DNA of 49,784 nucleotides, from contig NC_068984.1 of assembly GCF_001194135.2 (NCBI RefSeq), forward strand, positions 63,149,133 to 63,198,916, read 5' to 3'. Shown piece after piece: positions 1 through 11,935 of this stretch. Numbering within the stretch: position 1 is the stretch's first letter; every line of letters starts with the position of its first letter. Below the pieces are notes generated by a model. It worked only from the letters and a program-made list of their open reading frames with translations, did no database searches and was not told the DNA's origin. Origin of the DNA: Octopus bimaculoides. Taxonomy: Eukaryota. The position numbers were made by a program, and so were the translations under genes.

Positions 1-577
1 ATTCACTGATTAGCAAAATTAGAAATATAATATTTCTAAATCTCTCAGAGAGATTTAAGCAGTATTATTAATGTTAAATCAAAATGTTGCTTTCATTTTA
101 ATGTAAGTAATGGTACTAGATAATTAAAATTAGCTTTAAGGCTAAAGAATTAATTGAAAGACTAAAATGACTGCCATTAATATTCATATGGAAGAGCTCA
201 ACGATAACAAAAGAAAAAAAAAATAGAAGAACCATAAATGTATGAAAGTCTTGAATGAACAGTATTTAAATAGTTTTCTTAATTATAGATTCCAGTGCAA
301 CGTTTTCTAAACTGTAACTAAGCATGATTCTTAACAGGTTTTCAAAAATAAAATAATTTTCTGAAACCATCTAATTTTATTGGTATAAAAATTTATATCT
401 AAATTTATATCTAATTTATATCTATATAACTTATCTTAGAAAGTATGTCATTTTAAAACAAACAATTTTTAAAAAGTAATTCTACCTGTTCAAAAATGTA
501 TCGACTTAGAAAGTATGGAATAAATTATAGTTTAACCATAAATTTTACCAAGTTCATATTAGCTTTTATCTTCCATC

Positions 578-790
578 ATTTACTTGTTTCAGACTGGAGT
601 GTGGTTATACTAGTGTGCCACCTCAAGGCTTATGATTTTCTTTGTTTTATTTAAGACTTTTCTATTTGTCTTTTTTAGTGAACTGCTAAGTTATGGGGGT
701 CATGAAAAGAATCAACACCACCCAACAAGCAGTGGTAGGGAATGATAAACAACAAACACAGAGATACACACAGATAGACATATGTGTATA
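578..790 (+). mobile_element. SINE-type repeat, family D (shown in the orientation 'ttacttgtttcag...actgctaagttatgggg...')
   Basis: Similar to copies at 10478-10670, 20090-20306 (opposite strand), 33975-34097 and 38430-38625; ends in a CA-rich tract. Boundaries approximate. Confidence 0.7.
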
Positions 791-800
791 TACACAATTG

Positions 801-950
801 GCTTTCCATGTATCAAAGTCATTGTGAAGGCATTGGTTAAATTGGGGTCTTAGTAGAAGACACTTACTCAAGATGATGTACAGTGGGACTGAACCTGAAA
901 ACAATTGGTTGCAAAGTGAGCTGCTGAACCACACAGCCATGCCTGTGCCT
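801..950 (-). mobile_element. tRNA-derived SINE, family A
   Basis: Reverse complement reads ggcatggctgtgtggttcagcagctcac...ggttcagtcccactg...agtgtcttctactaag, matching copies at 7693, 11778, 12601, 19780 and 37920. Resembles octopus OK/OR-type SINEs (recalled, not searched). Confidence 0.75.
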
Positions 951-1184
951 GTGGGTAAAGTGAAACAAACATACACAGTTTTGAAATGAAGTGGGGGTTC
1001 ACAGTTTCTTAAACTTAAATAACTTCTGAGCCTGTCTCTCATATTCACCTTGTACCTTGAACTCACAACCCCCCCCCTCTCCCTCTCCCTCTCTCCAGAT
1101 GTGCAAGCTTGTATTCATCTCTTCTATATCAGACTCAGTTCAAGGGTCTGGTCTTGCAGGAACATGGTCATTTCATCATTTCTA

Positions 1185-1365
1185 GTGCCATATAAAAAGC
1201 ACCTGGTAGAATCTGTGAAGTGGTTAGCATTACAAAGTGTATCTAACTGTAGAAACCATGTAAAAAGCACATATTAGAACTTGACCAAAGGCCTCTTATT
1301 CATCTGTTAATGTTAAAAAATCAAAATCTCATGCCAGTATGGAAGAAGGGACATTAAATGATATG
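1185..1365 (+). mobile_element. Decayed copy of family C (RTE-tail-like repeat)
   Basis: Contains taaaaagcacc...gtggttagcatt...ctgtagaaacc and catgccagtatggaagaagggacattaaatgat, as in 24186-24372. Confidence 0.6.
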
Positions 1366-1545
1366 TAGAAATATGTGTGTGTGTATAAGAAAATGAGATG
1401 ACAAAGGAATAGACAATTATCATATGAGCTTAATTATCTTACAGCTGTTTCTGCTATAAGATGCAGTGAACTCATTGACTGTCTGAATAACAACTTACAG
1501 CTTCATTTGAGCCTTGAATATAATGTGCAATTTAAGTGAAATATT

Positions 1546-1549
<4 letters not shown>

Positions 1550-1610
<61 letters not shown>
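1550..1610. repeat. (CT)n-(AT)n microsatellite abutting an assembly gap
   Basis: Directly visible. Confidence 0.95.
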
Positions 1611-2086
1611 NNNNNNNNNNNNNNNNNNNNNNNNNNNNNNNNNNNNNNNNNNNNNNNNNNNNNNNNNNNNNNNNNNNNNNNNNNNNNNNNNNNNNNNNNN
1701 NNNNNNNNNNNNNNNNNNNNNNNNNNNNNNNNNNNNNNNNNNNNNNNNNNNNNNNNNNNNNNNNNNNNNNNNNNNNNNNNNNNNNNNNNNNNNNNNNNNN
1801 NNNNNNNNNNNNNNNNNNNNNNNNNNNNNNNNNNNNNNNNNNNNNNNNNNNNNNNNNNNNNNNNNNNNNNNNNNNNNNNNNNNNNNNNNNNNNNNNNNNN
1901 NNNNNNNNNNNNNNNNNNNNNNNNNNNNNNNNNNNNNNNNNNNNNNNNNNNNNNNNNNNNNNNNNNNNNNNNNNNNNNNNNNNNNNNNNNNNNNNNNNNN
2001 NNNNNNNNNNNNNNNNNNNNNNNNNNNNNNNNNNNNNNNNNNNNNNNNNNNNNNNNNNNNNNNNNNNNNNNNNNNNNNNNNNNNNN
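1611..2086. other. Assembly gap (N run)
   Basis: Directly visible. Confidence 0.99.
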
Positions 2087-2592
2087 ATATATATATATAT
2101 ATAAATCATCATCATCATCTAACATAGATTTACCATGCTGGCATGGATTCAGACAAGGTATAAATAATGACTTTTAAATTTTTGTTGTCATTGTAGTAAT
2201 TATGACTTACAGCTGAAAGGTTAATGCTACTTTTGTCATAGTAATTACGTGTTACCAATTTTTCTCCACCAGACAATGTGCCAATTGAATAAACTTATTT
2301 TTAATGAATCTGAACTGACTTCTGGAAACAACTGTATTTCAAATTTACTACAATAAAGAAAAATGCCATTACCATTATTTACACATTGTCATGTATATCA
2401 CTTTGTGTCAAAACCAGTATAACTAGAGTACAACCATGAATTTACAATATAGAATGGTGATGAATTATAACCTTTGACCCTGTTACAAGAATACAAAGAG
2501 CTCTTTACTAATCTAAACAAAATTGTTAGCGTGGTATAATAACAAAGAGCTTATAAAGTATTTTGACTGGATTGATAATCCCTAGCTTATAA

Positions 2593-2630
<38 letters not shown>

Positions 2631-4640
2631 ACACAAATACATGCACACATGACTGTATACACATATCTGTGTATAGAAGGAATAAGTGAAAGCAAAATGA
2701 TCTTAGAGTAAATAACAAACAGTAGTGCTCAAATGGATGGGGACTTTAGCTCCAACCTCTGTGTCTAGGACGAGTACACCTGCATCAAAAATCGACTATA
2801 AATACAATTTTTATAGAACTATTATGCAGGTAAGAAGTTTGATAAACACAGGTAGGATGGAGACATATATTTACAAGGAGCGCAAAAATTACAGATTATA
2901 GAATAAAGAAGAAGGATAATAAATGCATCATGCACATAATTATTAAATTAAGTTAGGTGTCTGTTCTCAAGATCAAGATGGCAAATGTGTATTTTCTAGC
3001 AACGTTTACAATTATAAAGATTTGCAGAGAGCAGAGTGTGTTTGGGAGTAAGGAGTGAGAGGAGGTAGAGGGAAGAATCAAAGGGACAGAGTAGTAAATG
3101 GGAAATATGTAATGAAGATATTACTTGACAAAGACCAGATATAAAGAAAATAAAGAGATCTTTTTACAATGTATATAATCAAAAACATCTTGTTTGGTAT
3201 TTGTTGTAGAGAGCTGCACAGGAAAACCATTTGTCACTTTCAGAATCAGAAATGTAGTGAATTAGTATTTTGTCTGTTGGGAAACTCTGAGCAATGTTGT
3301 TATTGTTAACCCAAATGTAATGTATGATAGTGGGCCATTAATTATCAGCAAAGTATTTATTATAAAGTTTTCTTATTAGCAGGAAAATTCATTGCCCAGA
3401 CATCACTTGATGTAGTACCCTCCTTTTCTCTCCCCCTCCTTCTCTTCCTCTCTCTACTACAGTGCAGGTCTGAACTTCAAATTTGAATTAAGTTACTATT
3501 ATTATGCCAAATTTGGATACTCATCAATGTGCTGGCTCCAAAGAAAAGTAATTAATTATCAGCATTGCACTTATAATTTATTCCTATTGGCAGAAAATTA
3601 ATTGAGTATGCTTAACTAGACCTCATCTCTCTTTAGTCAATACAATGCAGGTTTGAATTTGAAACATCAGTTAAGTTGTCATTGTTATTATATTAACCAT
3701 GACCAAGTCTTTTGTGGATTATTTCAGAGGCTAACCTATGAATAATTTTGCATATAATTTGTCATTTCATCAATAGTCACCAGTCTATTCAACACAACTC
3801 AGTCACAAACTCACTCAATGCTGTTATTAGCACAGGAAGCAGTTGGGTGATAGTTCTGTTTTGATGCATGGTAATTGTGAGACCATTTTACAATTTCTTT
3901 TTATTCCTTCTTAAGCTGTCCTAACTTGTAAAAACACTACTTCTTGGCATACTTACAACAATGGATCATTGAAAGCAGTTTTTCTCTGGAAACAAACAAC
4001 AAATAGAGCAGTTATGATTAATGTAACAATGATGAGCATTCTGATGCTTCTAGTTCAAAACTGTGTTGTAGTGACTATGGAAAAACATGTTTATTGATAT
4101 ATGTACTAATAATGTTTAATTAACCTTCATGAAATAACTTCAAAAAAATCCAGAACATGTAGCTAAAGAAATCAGTTGGCTTACAAAGCAAGTAATTGAA
4201 TGTAAATAATACTGTCAGTTCAGTAGTCATCATTTATAAAGTATAATTTCCAACAAGATATTAGGTTTGTACAGAATAGCATTTGCTAAACATATCAAGT
4301 TTTGAGCAGTTGGCCTTTATATACATCTTGATTCTACGGAATCACCATTCAAGCTAATGAGGTAATGTTTATGTTGTTGCTGGACCTACAAGAATTAACA
4401 ACTAGGACCTCCCCTCAAGGGATGATGATGTAGTGGTTAGATGTGTATCATGGTAAACAGATGCAAAAGGAATGTGTATGCCTTTGAAGTAAACAAATGA
4501 GTGAATTGGTTCATAATTAAAATAATTTATTCACTGGACTTAATTTTTCACTAGATGCAAAAAATGTTGACAACTGCTATGAGTTGCTAGAAATAGAAAC
4601 AGGGTACAGCTGTGGAAATGATATGTCACAAATAAATATA

Positions 4641-4643
<3 letters not shown>

Positions 4644-4734
<91 letters not shown>

Positions 4735-4749
4735 TGTGTGTGTGTGTGT
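4644..4749. repeat. (GT)n microsatellite
   Basis: About 50 near-perfect GT units. Confidence 0.97.
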
Positions 4750-4756
4750 ACATAGT

Positions 4757-5132
4757 TCATCTGAGACAGTAGTCTACCGTGGTGGAACTTCGACATTGCT
4801 CTGGTCTCTGAGAAAAGCTGTCGTGGCGTAGACATTCCTCGTTTGGCTGCCTAGGGCCTTCTCTTCCCTCTGTCTTTATAAAAATCGTGGCAGCTAGAAG
4901 GACAGACATACTGCAGCAGAGTTTGTACCTAAATAGGTCAGCTCCTGTCCATTTGAATTCCACCTGACATGGCCTTAGGTTGAAGGTTGATGGGAGATCA
5001 TCAATCACTTTTTGACAGGACAAGGAAAACCTGTTTTCGTGCCTGTTGATTGTAGTGGTTTGGATGACCGAAGATTCTTAGATTCGGTTTCGAATCTAGG
5101 CTTGGAGAAGAAAGTGTTAATTTTTACAATGA
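4757..5132 (+). mobile_element. Possible decayed L1/Tx1-like LINE 3' ORF fragment
   Basis: Locally higher GC and CpG. The + frame gives CPFEFHLTW..VE and GKPVFV...LEKKV, with VVWMT in a shifted frame, loosely like Tx1-clade C-termini. Several stops. Confidence 0.3.
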
Positions 5133-5139
5133 GGTAAAA

Positions 5140-5345
5140 ATGAGCCTCTGCATGGTTATTTGAGCTATAAGAAATAGCACCCAATTCTTTCTCAAATCAC
5201 ATTTCACCATCTTGGAAAGGACAGCTTGGATAGGTTGACCTTGGTTTCTATTAATATTAGGAAAAGACAGAGTTATTGCGTCAGAAATGTCTTTGATCAC
5301 AGTTCTGGTTGATCAGGGCTGAGCTAAGGCTGAAAAAACAACAAT
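5140..5345 (-). mobile_element. Interspersed repeat, family E
   Basis: Reverse complement tcagccttagctcagccctgatcaaccagaactgtgatcaaagacatt...gtgatttgagaaagaattgggtgctatttct. Related pieces at 15088-15160, 19420-19470, 21700-21930, 28355-28420 and 33745-33805. Confidence 0.55.
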
Positions 5346-6383
5346 AATAACAAGATGGGACACAGTTGATAATGTAGATAGAGATTCATTACGTCTTAAG
5401 AAAATTTAGAATGAGATAGCCACAGCTTGATTACCTTCTTGATCAGAAACTCCTTTGGAGTCTAAGCATCATTATCTTCAAAAATATAACACTTCTATTC
5501 ATTATCAGTAATTCTAATTACTTATTCCTGTCAATAATTTTCATAATAGAAATGTTCTAAAGTCTATATTGATGAAAAATAAATATTTTCTTTTTGCCTG
5601 AAATATCTCAACACTATTTAAATCCTCCTTCTATGAATAACATGATCAGTAACATGCTGGACAAACTGGTTGGTAACATTTCATTATGACATTTTATATT
5701 CTGAAATGAAAGACAGAATTATTTATGCATTTATAACATTATACAATATCTTTGAGTTGAACTAAAGAGAGGGAAGTGTTGCCAGTCTAAGATAAAAATA
5801 TTCCCTATTGACTGAATTTTACAGTGATTTTCATGCATTAAATTTACACTTTTATAATAAATTCAAATAATTTGTTTCTCTTCTCTTGTTTTTTTGTTTT
5901 TGTAATTAATAAAAAATATTTAGTTTTAGACTCATTAAGCACTGCCTATCTTGCCAATACAGATGACATGTCCTTACAACAAACCTTATCAACTGACTCA
6001 TGACAATATGGTTAGTACTAGGTGTATAGAACTCTTGGCTTCAAGAAAACTCATTCATTACAAATGATAAATTAAATAAACAAACATAAATTATTTCTTC
6101 CCTAAACAAGGTACTAGACTATCGATTTTTATTTTATTATTCTCTGTAAATTATGAAGATTATATACACCACAAAAATTCAATATTATTTTTAATTGATA
6201 TTTTTCCTATTCACCAAAACCATACTAAGGCTATCTTATTTGTTGGAAAGTTCATTTACTTTCCACAATCTATGCATTAATATGGCTTCTGTCAGTATAG
6301 ATATTTCTAAGTTGAAATGTGTTAGAGGGAGAGAGGAAGACGTGTCTCCCTATAGCCAACATCTCTTTCTCTCACTATCTACA

Positions 6384-6471
6384 CATGCACATGCACACGC
6401 ACACACACACATACACACACACACATACACACACAAACACACACACACTCTCTCACCCCACTCCCACACAT

Positions 6472-6520
<49 letters not shown>
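6384..6520. repeat. Compound (CA)n microsatellite
   Basis: Directly visible; explains the His/Thr-rich ORFs at 6195 and 6319. Confidence 0.95.
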
Positions 6521-6522
<2 letters not shown>

Positions 6523-7692
6523 GACATGTGTGCACACGCAAAATTCACAGACACATACTCACAGATTTCATATACCCACAAAATGAAAATATGTGATGTA
6601 TATAATTGAATCTAATATTAGGATAATTAAGAATTTACACAAATCTAATTTACATCATTTAGTAAAAGTTATATCTAACTCAAAATAGAAATTTTCTAAA
6701 GACTATATTTTTGAAAATTCAATAAATATTTCCTTATTGCCTTAAGTACCTCAACCATACGAATTCTCCTTCAATTAAATATATGAGAACATTTGACATA
6801 AAATTTCTTCAGAGTAAAATAAAACACATGCATTTTCTATGTATTGTATTTATATTATCAAGTCAGGATTAGTAAATAATATGTTTTAGTTTTGTTTCTG
6901 CACTATCAGAATTATGCATAGTTCCTCATTCAACAAAAGTTAAGACGGTGAAATGTTTATTCAGAAATAGGGTGAGAGAGTTTCATTGTTAAAAAATATC
7001 TCGGATGGATTATATTAAAAGCTAATCTTCTTGAGCTGGCAAGAAATTATAGGGTAACTTAAACTATTAGAAAGAACAGCCTAATCTCTCTCAAATAAAT
7101 ACCTCCACTATTTTAATAAAAAGTGTGAGATAAAGTGGATATAGTCGACAAATTTATATGTCAGCTTGAAAATAAATAAAGAATTTTGTTAGTATTCTTG
7201 TAATTATACATTTTTTTCACTGGGGCTGATTTGGGGGTAAACAATAAGAACAGCAGCAACAACAATGGTAATTTAATCTCTACAAAAAAGTTGATGTTAT
7301 TATCCCAATAATTCTTGGGACATTTATTTAAAAATCACTCTTAAAATAAATGCCATTGTGAATTCATAGTTTTCGTGCTGAACAAAAATAGAACCCATCA
7401 TATTGAAAGTGTTTTCCATGTCTATGGTTTGAACATGTATGTATGCATTTGTGTGCATGTGTGTGTGTGTGTCTGTGCGTGCATGCGTATGTGTGTGAGT
7501 GCATGCATGTGTATATACATGTATGTATGTCCTTCATTGTTCATTTGTTTTTATGTCTGCTTTTCCATGCTAACATGGGCCACACAAATATATTATTGAG
7601 GTATTTTATTACAAAATCATGTAGTTAGAAAGGGAATTTCTAAACCAAGCAGTGATGCAGGCACCTATCTTGAATGTATACATTCAAATTAT

Positions 7693-7834
7693 AGGTGTAC
7701 TTGCAGCTATGTGGTTAAGACGTTTGCTCCCAACTATATGGTTTGGATTCAATCCCACTGCATGAAACCATAGGCAAATGTCTTCTATTATAGACCCAGA
7801 GAGTAAATCTGGTCTATGGAAACTGAAAGAAATA
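7693..7834 (+). mobile_element. tRNA-derived SINE, family A
   Basis: gctatgtggttaagacgtttgctcccaac...ggattcaatcccactgc...ggcaaatgtcttctattatag...ggaaactgaaagaa. Confidence 0.7.
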
Positions 7835-7924
7835 CATTTTGCATATGTATGCATGTATGCACATGTATATATATATGTGTGTGTGTGTCTGTCAAAAATA
7901 AGGAGTGCATAATACAGGAATAAT

Positions 7925-8245
7925 ATTTTCAGAAGTCAAACACTTATAGTAATAAACAAGTGGATGGAAAGACATACTAAATGCACTGAATGCACAGATG
8001 CACAGATGAATGGAGAACAAACATAGGTCACCAACTCCTCATCAGTTATCGGTTGAGGCATCGAGCACAATTTCATGCCATTATCGATAATATTGCACCC
8101 ACCTCAGAGGCAACCAGCAAGACAACTTGCCAGGGAACCACTCAAAACATAACAAAGAAAGACGGATGATAAGGAGGAATGGGGGACAAAACAAAAAGAC
8201 AAAATAAATAAACAGAATATGACCTTAGGGCCAGGCGAATGCAAC
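7925..8245 (+). pseudogene. Disabled copy of an unidentified coding segment (paralog of 8665-8962 on the minus strand)
   Basis: Aligns codon-for-codon with the minus copy (IEHNFMPLSIILHPPQRQPARQLAREPLKT*). Has an 8-nt tandem duplication (~7998-8008) and in-frame TAG and TGA. Confidence 0.55.
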
Positions 8246-8249
8246 TCTA

Positions 8250-8962
8250 GTCTGTCTCTTCCCTTTTATTTGCTTCTCTTACACCTTCCATTTTTCTCTC
8301 TCTTTCTCTGTCTTTCAATCTTTCCTCTTATGCCTCTCGCTCTCTTCCCCTTTCTCTCTCTGCTGTTCTCTAGTCCATCTGACTGTTCCTCCCTCTTCTC
8401 ACTAGCACATAACTGATCATGATCTAAGGCGGTGTCATTCTTTTTTACATTGCCTTCACCCTTAGTGGTCATACTTCTCTGAGCTCCACTCTACCTTTCT
8501 CTTGTCTGTTGAACCTTTCTCTTGTTTGTTTTAGTCCTGTAGGACAGTTTTCCTTCTCTTTTTGCATTACTCCACTCTTGTTTGTCTGCTAGTGCATGGC
8601 TTTTTTTTTTGTTGTGTATGCATTATTATTTTTTTGTTGTATATGCATTATTATTTTCTGTTGTCTTCACCTGGCCCTAAGGTCATATTCTGTTTATTTA
8701 TTTCATTTTTTTGTCCACTGTTCCTCCTTGTTGTCTGTCTTGTTTTTTTAAGTTTTGATTACTTCTCCAGCAAATTCTCTTGCTAGTTGCCTCTGTGGAG
8801 GATGCAATATTACTGATAATGGCATGAAATTGTGCTCAATGCCCTCGTTGATAACTGATGAGGAATTTGTAACCTGTGCTTCTTCTCCATACATCTGTGC
8901 ATTCAGTGCATCTAGAATGTTCTTCCATCCATTTGTTTATTACTTCACGTGTCTGATGTCCT
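8250..8962 (-). pseudogene. Unidentified decayed coding relic; 62-codon open frame at 8936-8748 followed by a K/E/R-rich broken frame
   Basis: TNGWKNILDALNAQMYGEEAQVTNSSSVINEGIEHNFMPLSVILHPPQRQLAREFAGEVIKT*, preceded by a T12-CAG acceptor-like site at 8962-8961. Family not recognised. Confidence 0.5.
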
Positions 8963-8976
8963 GAAAAAAAAAAAAT

Positions 8977-9013
8977 ATATGTATGTATATATGTATGCAT
9001 ATATGTATGTATG

Positions 9014-9044
<31 letters not shown>

Positions 9045-9095
9045 TATGTATGTATGTATGTATGTATGTATGTATGTATGTGTGTGTGTTTGTGT
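8977..9095. repeat. (ATGT)n / (GT)n microsatellite
   Basis: Directly visible. Confidence 0.95.
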
Positions 9096-9299
9096 GAATG
9101 CATGCACGTTTCTTTATCTTGACATTCCATGAGTCATATTCAATATTCTGCATATACATGTCCTGCCATAGACAAATATGACCTTGCTTGGAAACAAGTG
9201 AGGGTTAGCAACAGGAATGGCATTCAGCTATGCTATAGAAAATCTGCTTCAGTAAACTCTGTCAGACTCATCTGAGCATTGAAATGTGGATGCTAAAAT

Positions 9300-9310
9300 G
9301 ATGAGTATTA

Positions 9311-9374
<64 letters not shown>

Positions 9375-9605
9375 CATTATGATGATGCNNNNNNNNNNNN
9401 NNNNNNNNNNNNNNNNNNNNNNNNNNNNNNNNNNNNNNNNNNNNNNNNNNNNNNNNNNNNNNNNNNNNNNNNNNNNNNNNNNNNNNNNNNNNNNNNNNNN
9501 NNNNNNNNNNNNNNNNNNNNNNNNNNNNNNNNNNNNNNNNNNNNNNNNNNNNNNNNNNNNNNNNNNNNNNNNNNNNNNNNNNNNNNNNNNNNNNGATGAG
9601 TATTA

Positions 9606-9669
<64 letters not shown>

Positions 9670-9683
9670 CATTATGATGATGC
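9300..9683. repeat. (ATT)n microsatellite duplicated on both sides of the gap at 9389-9594
   Basis: 9300-9388 and 9595-9683 are both 89 nt with the same start (gatgagtattatc) and end (atcattatgatgatgc). Confidence 0.9.
9389..9594. other. Assembly gap (N run)
   Basis: Directly visible. Confidence 0.99.
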
Positions 9684-10477
9684 TGATGATAATGATGGTG
9701 ATGACAATGACGAAAATTGATCAATGCAATGTGTATTACATGTTTTTCTATGTTTTTACTTTATTATAACTATTTTTAATATATTATATAATAACTATTT
9801 TAATACATTATATAATACAAACATATTTGCCTTTATTATTGGCGATATGGATACACCAGTTATTAATAAACCTCATGAGATTAGGTGACCTTACATAAGT
9901 TAACAAAGAGCTAATGCTGTACAAAGGAAAGTAATATTAATTTTCACAAAAGCTTGCTTGATCTAAAATGTAGAAGGGTATTATACAATACTATTCACCA
10001 TATTAAAAAGATAGGTAATAACTATAGTCTAATTAGAAAATATATTAAAAGTAAATGAATCATATGTTGGTTTCAATAACAAGTAGTCTCATGATCAATC
10101 AATGAAACTACTTTTTCATTCATTTGTATTGTAAGAAGCTGAATATTACATGGGCACTTGTACCTTGATCTAATCTTCTGGGAGAATCAGCATGACACAG
10201 TGTCTAACAAGTTTGACCCTTTCAATTACTGATGTAATGTATGAAGAAGACTTCCACCCAGATTTGTCTACTGTGCTTCTCTCAAGTCTAGGATTGAACT
10301 GAGACTATCGACAAAGGTACTTTTGCAAGGAAACATTCATTCTGATCATAACCCAGAACTTAGAATTGTAAATAAAATTTCTTAATCCTTTAACAATGTC
10401 TGAACTGTAGATTGTAGTCTAATTAATGTAAATGCATGTACACTCTTCTTCTTTGAGGTATGTCGTTAACCCTTTGC

Positions 10478-10670
10478 TTATTTCAATTATTACTCTGTGA
10501 CTATGCTGCAGCACCACCTCGAAGGGTTTTTAGTTAAATAAATTGACACCAGGACATATTTGTAAAGCCTAATGCTTAATCTGTCTATTATTTTTTTTAC
10601 AAAACTGTTAAGCAGCAGTGAGAGAGAGGGAAATACAAACACAAAGACATACACACATAGCTACCTACAT
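10478..10670 (+). mobile_element. SINE-type repeat, family D
   Basis: tttgcttatttcaatt...gcaccacctcgaagggtttttagttaaataaattgacaccaggac. Confidence 0.65.
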
Positions 10671-10674
10671 ACAT

Positions 10675-10815
10675 NNNNNNNNNNNNNNNNNNNNNNNNNN
10701 NNNNNNNNNNNNNNNNNNNNNNNNNNNNNNNNNNNNNNNNNNNNNNNNNNNNNNNNNNNNNNNNNNNNNNNNNNNNNNNNNNNNNNNNNNNNNNNNNNNN
10801 NNNNNNNNNNNNNNN
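10675..10815. other. Assembly gap (N run)
   Basis: Directly visible. Confidence 0.99.
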
Positions 10816-10852
10816 ATATATATATATATATATATATATACCTATTTTATAT

Positions 10853-11090
10853 CATCATCATCATCATCGTTTAACGTTTGCTTTCCATGCTAGCAATGAT
10901 TGGACGATTTGACTGAGGACTGGTGAAACCAGATGGCTACACCAGGCTCCAATCTGATTTGGCAGAGTTTCTACAGCTGGATGCCCTTCCTAATGCCAAC
11001 CACTCCGAGAGTGTTGTGGATGCCTTTACGTGCCACCGGCACGAAGGCCTGTCAGGCGGCACTGGCAACGACCATGCTCAAATATATATA
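10853..11090 (-). mobile_element. Well-preserved family C copy (3' end with (GAT)n tail)
   Basis: (CAT)n-cgtttaacg...ctttccatgctagc...ttggcagagtttctacagctggatgcccttcctaatgccaaccactccgagag is the reverse complement of the 24186-24372 region. Confidence 0.8.
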
Positions 11091-11777
11091 TACGGGGGGG
11101 AGTCAACAATTATAAGCACACTTGTTTTAGCAATGTATTTAAACAAAAGTAGGAGATGATCGAGTATGTCATTTTTCTATATAGTGTCCTTCATTTTCAG
11201 CGATCCACAAGCTTGCGGCTGTGTGTGGGCGTGCATTGTCATATAACAACAAAACTTTCTTCAACAATAGGCTTCAGCATTTAGTGTGATTTGCTGGCTT
11301 CAGTTTGTTGGTGAGCAAAGTACTGTATCTTGCACTGTTAATCATACACCCCTGTTAAAGGTAGTCTCCCAGTATAGGCCCTTTTGAGTCCCAAAAGAAG
11401 GTTAGCACCATCTTTCCCATGAAAGTTTAATCTTGGATTTCTTCATAACGGGCGAGCCAGAATGTTTCTACTCCATATTCTGTCTTTTGGATTCTGCTTC
11501 ATAATGATGGACCCATGTTTCATCTCCTGTGACTGTTCTGCTCAAAGTTGCACTCTTTTACTCTTTGTTCTTCTTTGGTGCGCATTGCTAGTGGAGAAGT
11601 CATGCTTTCATTGTAAAGCCAGAAAGAAAAATGGCATGATCAGGCTCAAACTTTGATCATGTGACCACAATACTACCAATTATAGGCACACAGAAGGCAG
11701 TGTGACAATAAGAAAGATATGTTATGAAGAAAGTGTAAATAATTTTTGAGATCCCCTCATATATACACATGCAACAA

Positions 11778-11935
11778 CAGGCTTCTTTCAGTTTCTGTCT
11801 AACAAATTCAATAGCAGGTCTTTGGTTACACTAGCACTATAGTAAAAAACACTTTCCCAAGGTTCAACACAATGAGACTGAACTTGGAGCCATGTGACTG
11901 GGAAGCAAATATCTTACCATACAGCTATGCCTATG
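11778..11935 (-). mobile_element. tRNA-derived SINE, family A
   Basis: ggcttctttcagtttctgtc...ctatagtaaaaaacactttcccaagg...gactgaacttggagccatgtgactgggaagc. Confidence 0.7.

Noticed and set aside
1495-2125. Long ORFs spanning N runs (also 9268-9724, 10572-10893, 33803-34774 and 35624-37919)
   Set aside because: They are open only because N codons and dinucleotide repeats lack stops.
4584-4835. Cys/Val- and His/Thr-rich ORFs here and at 6195-6609, 7375-7628, 24671-25042, 46603-46948 and 49510-49780
   Set aside because: They are translations of microsatellites.
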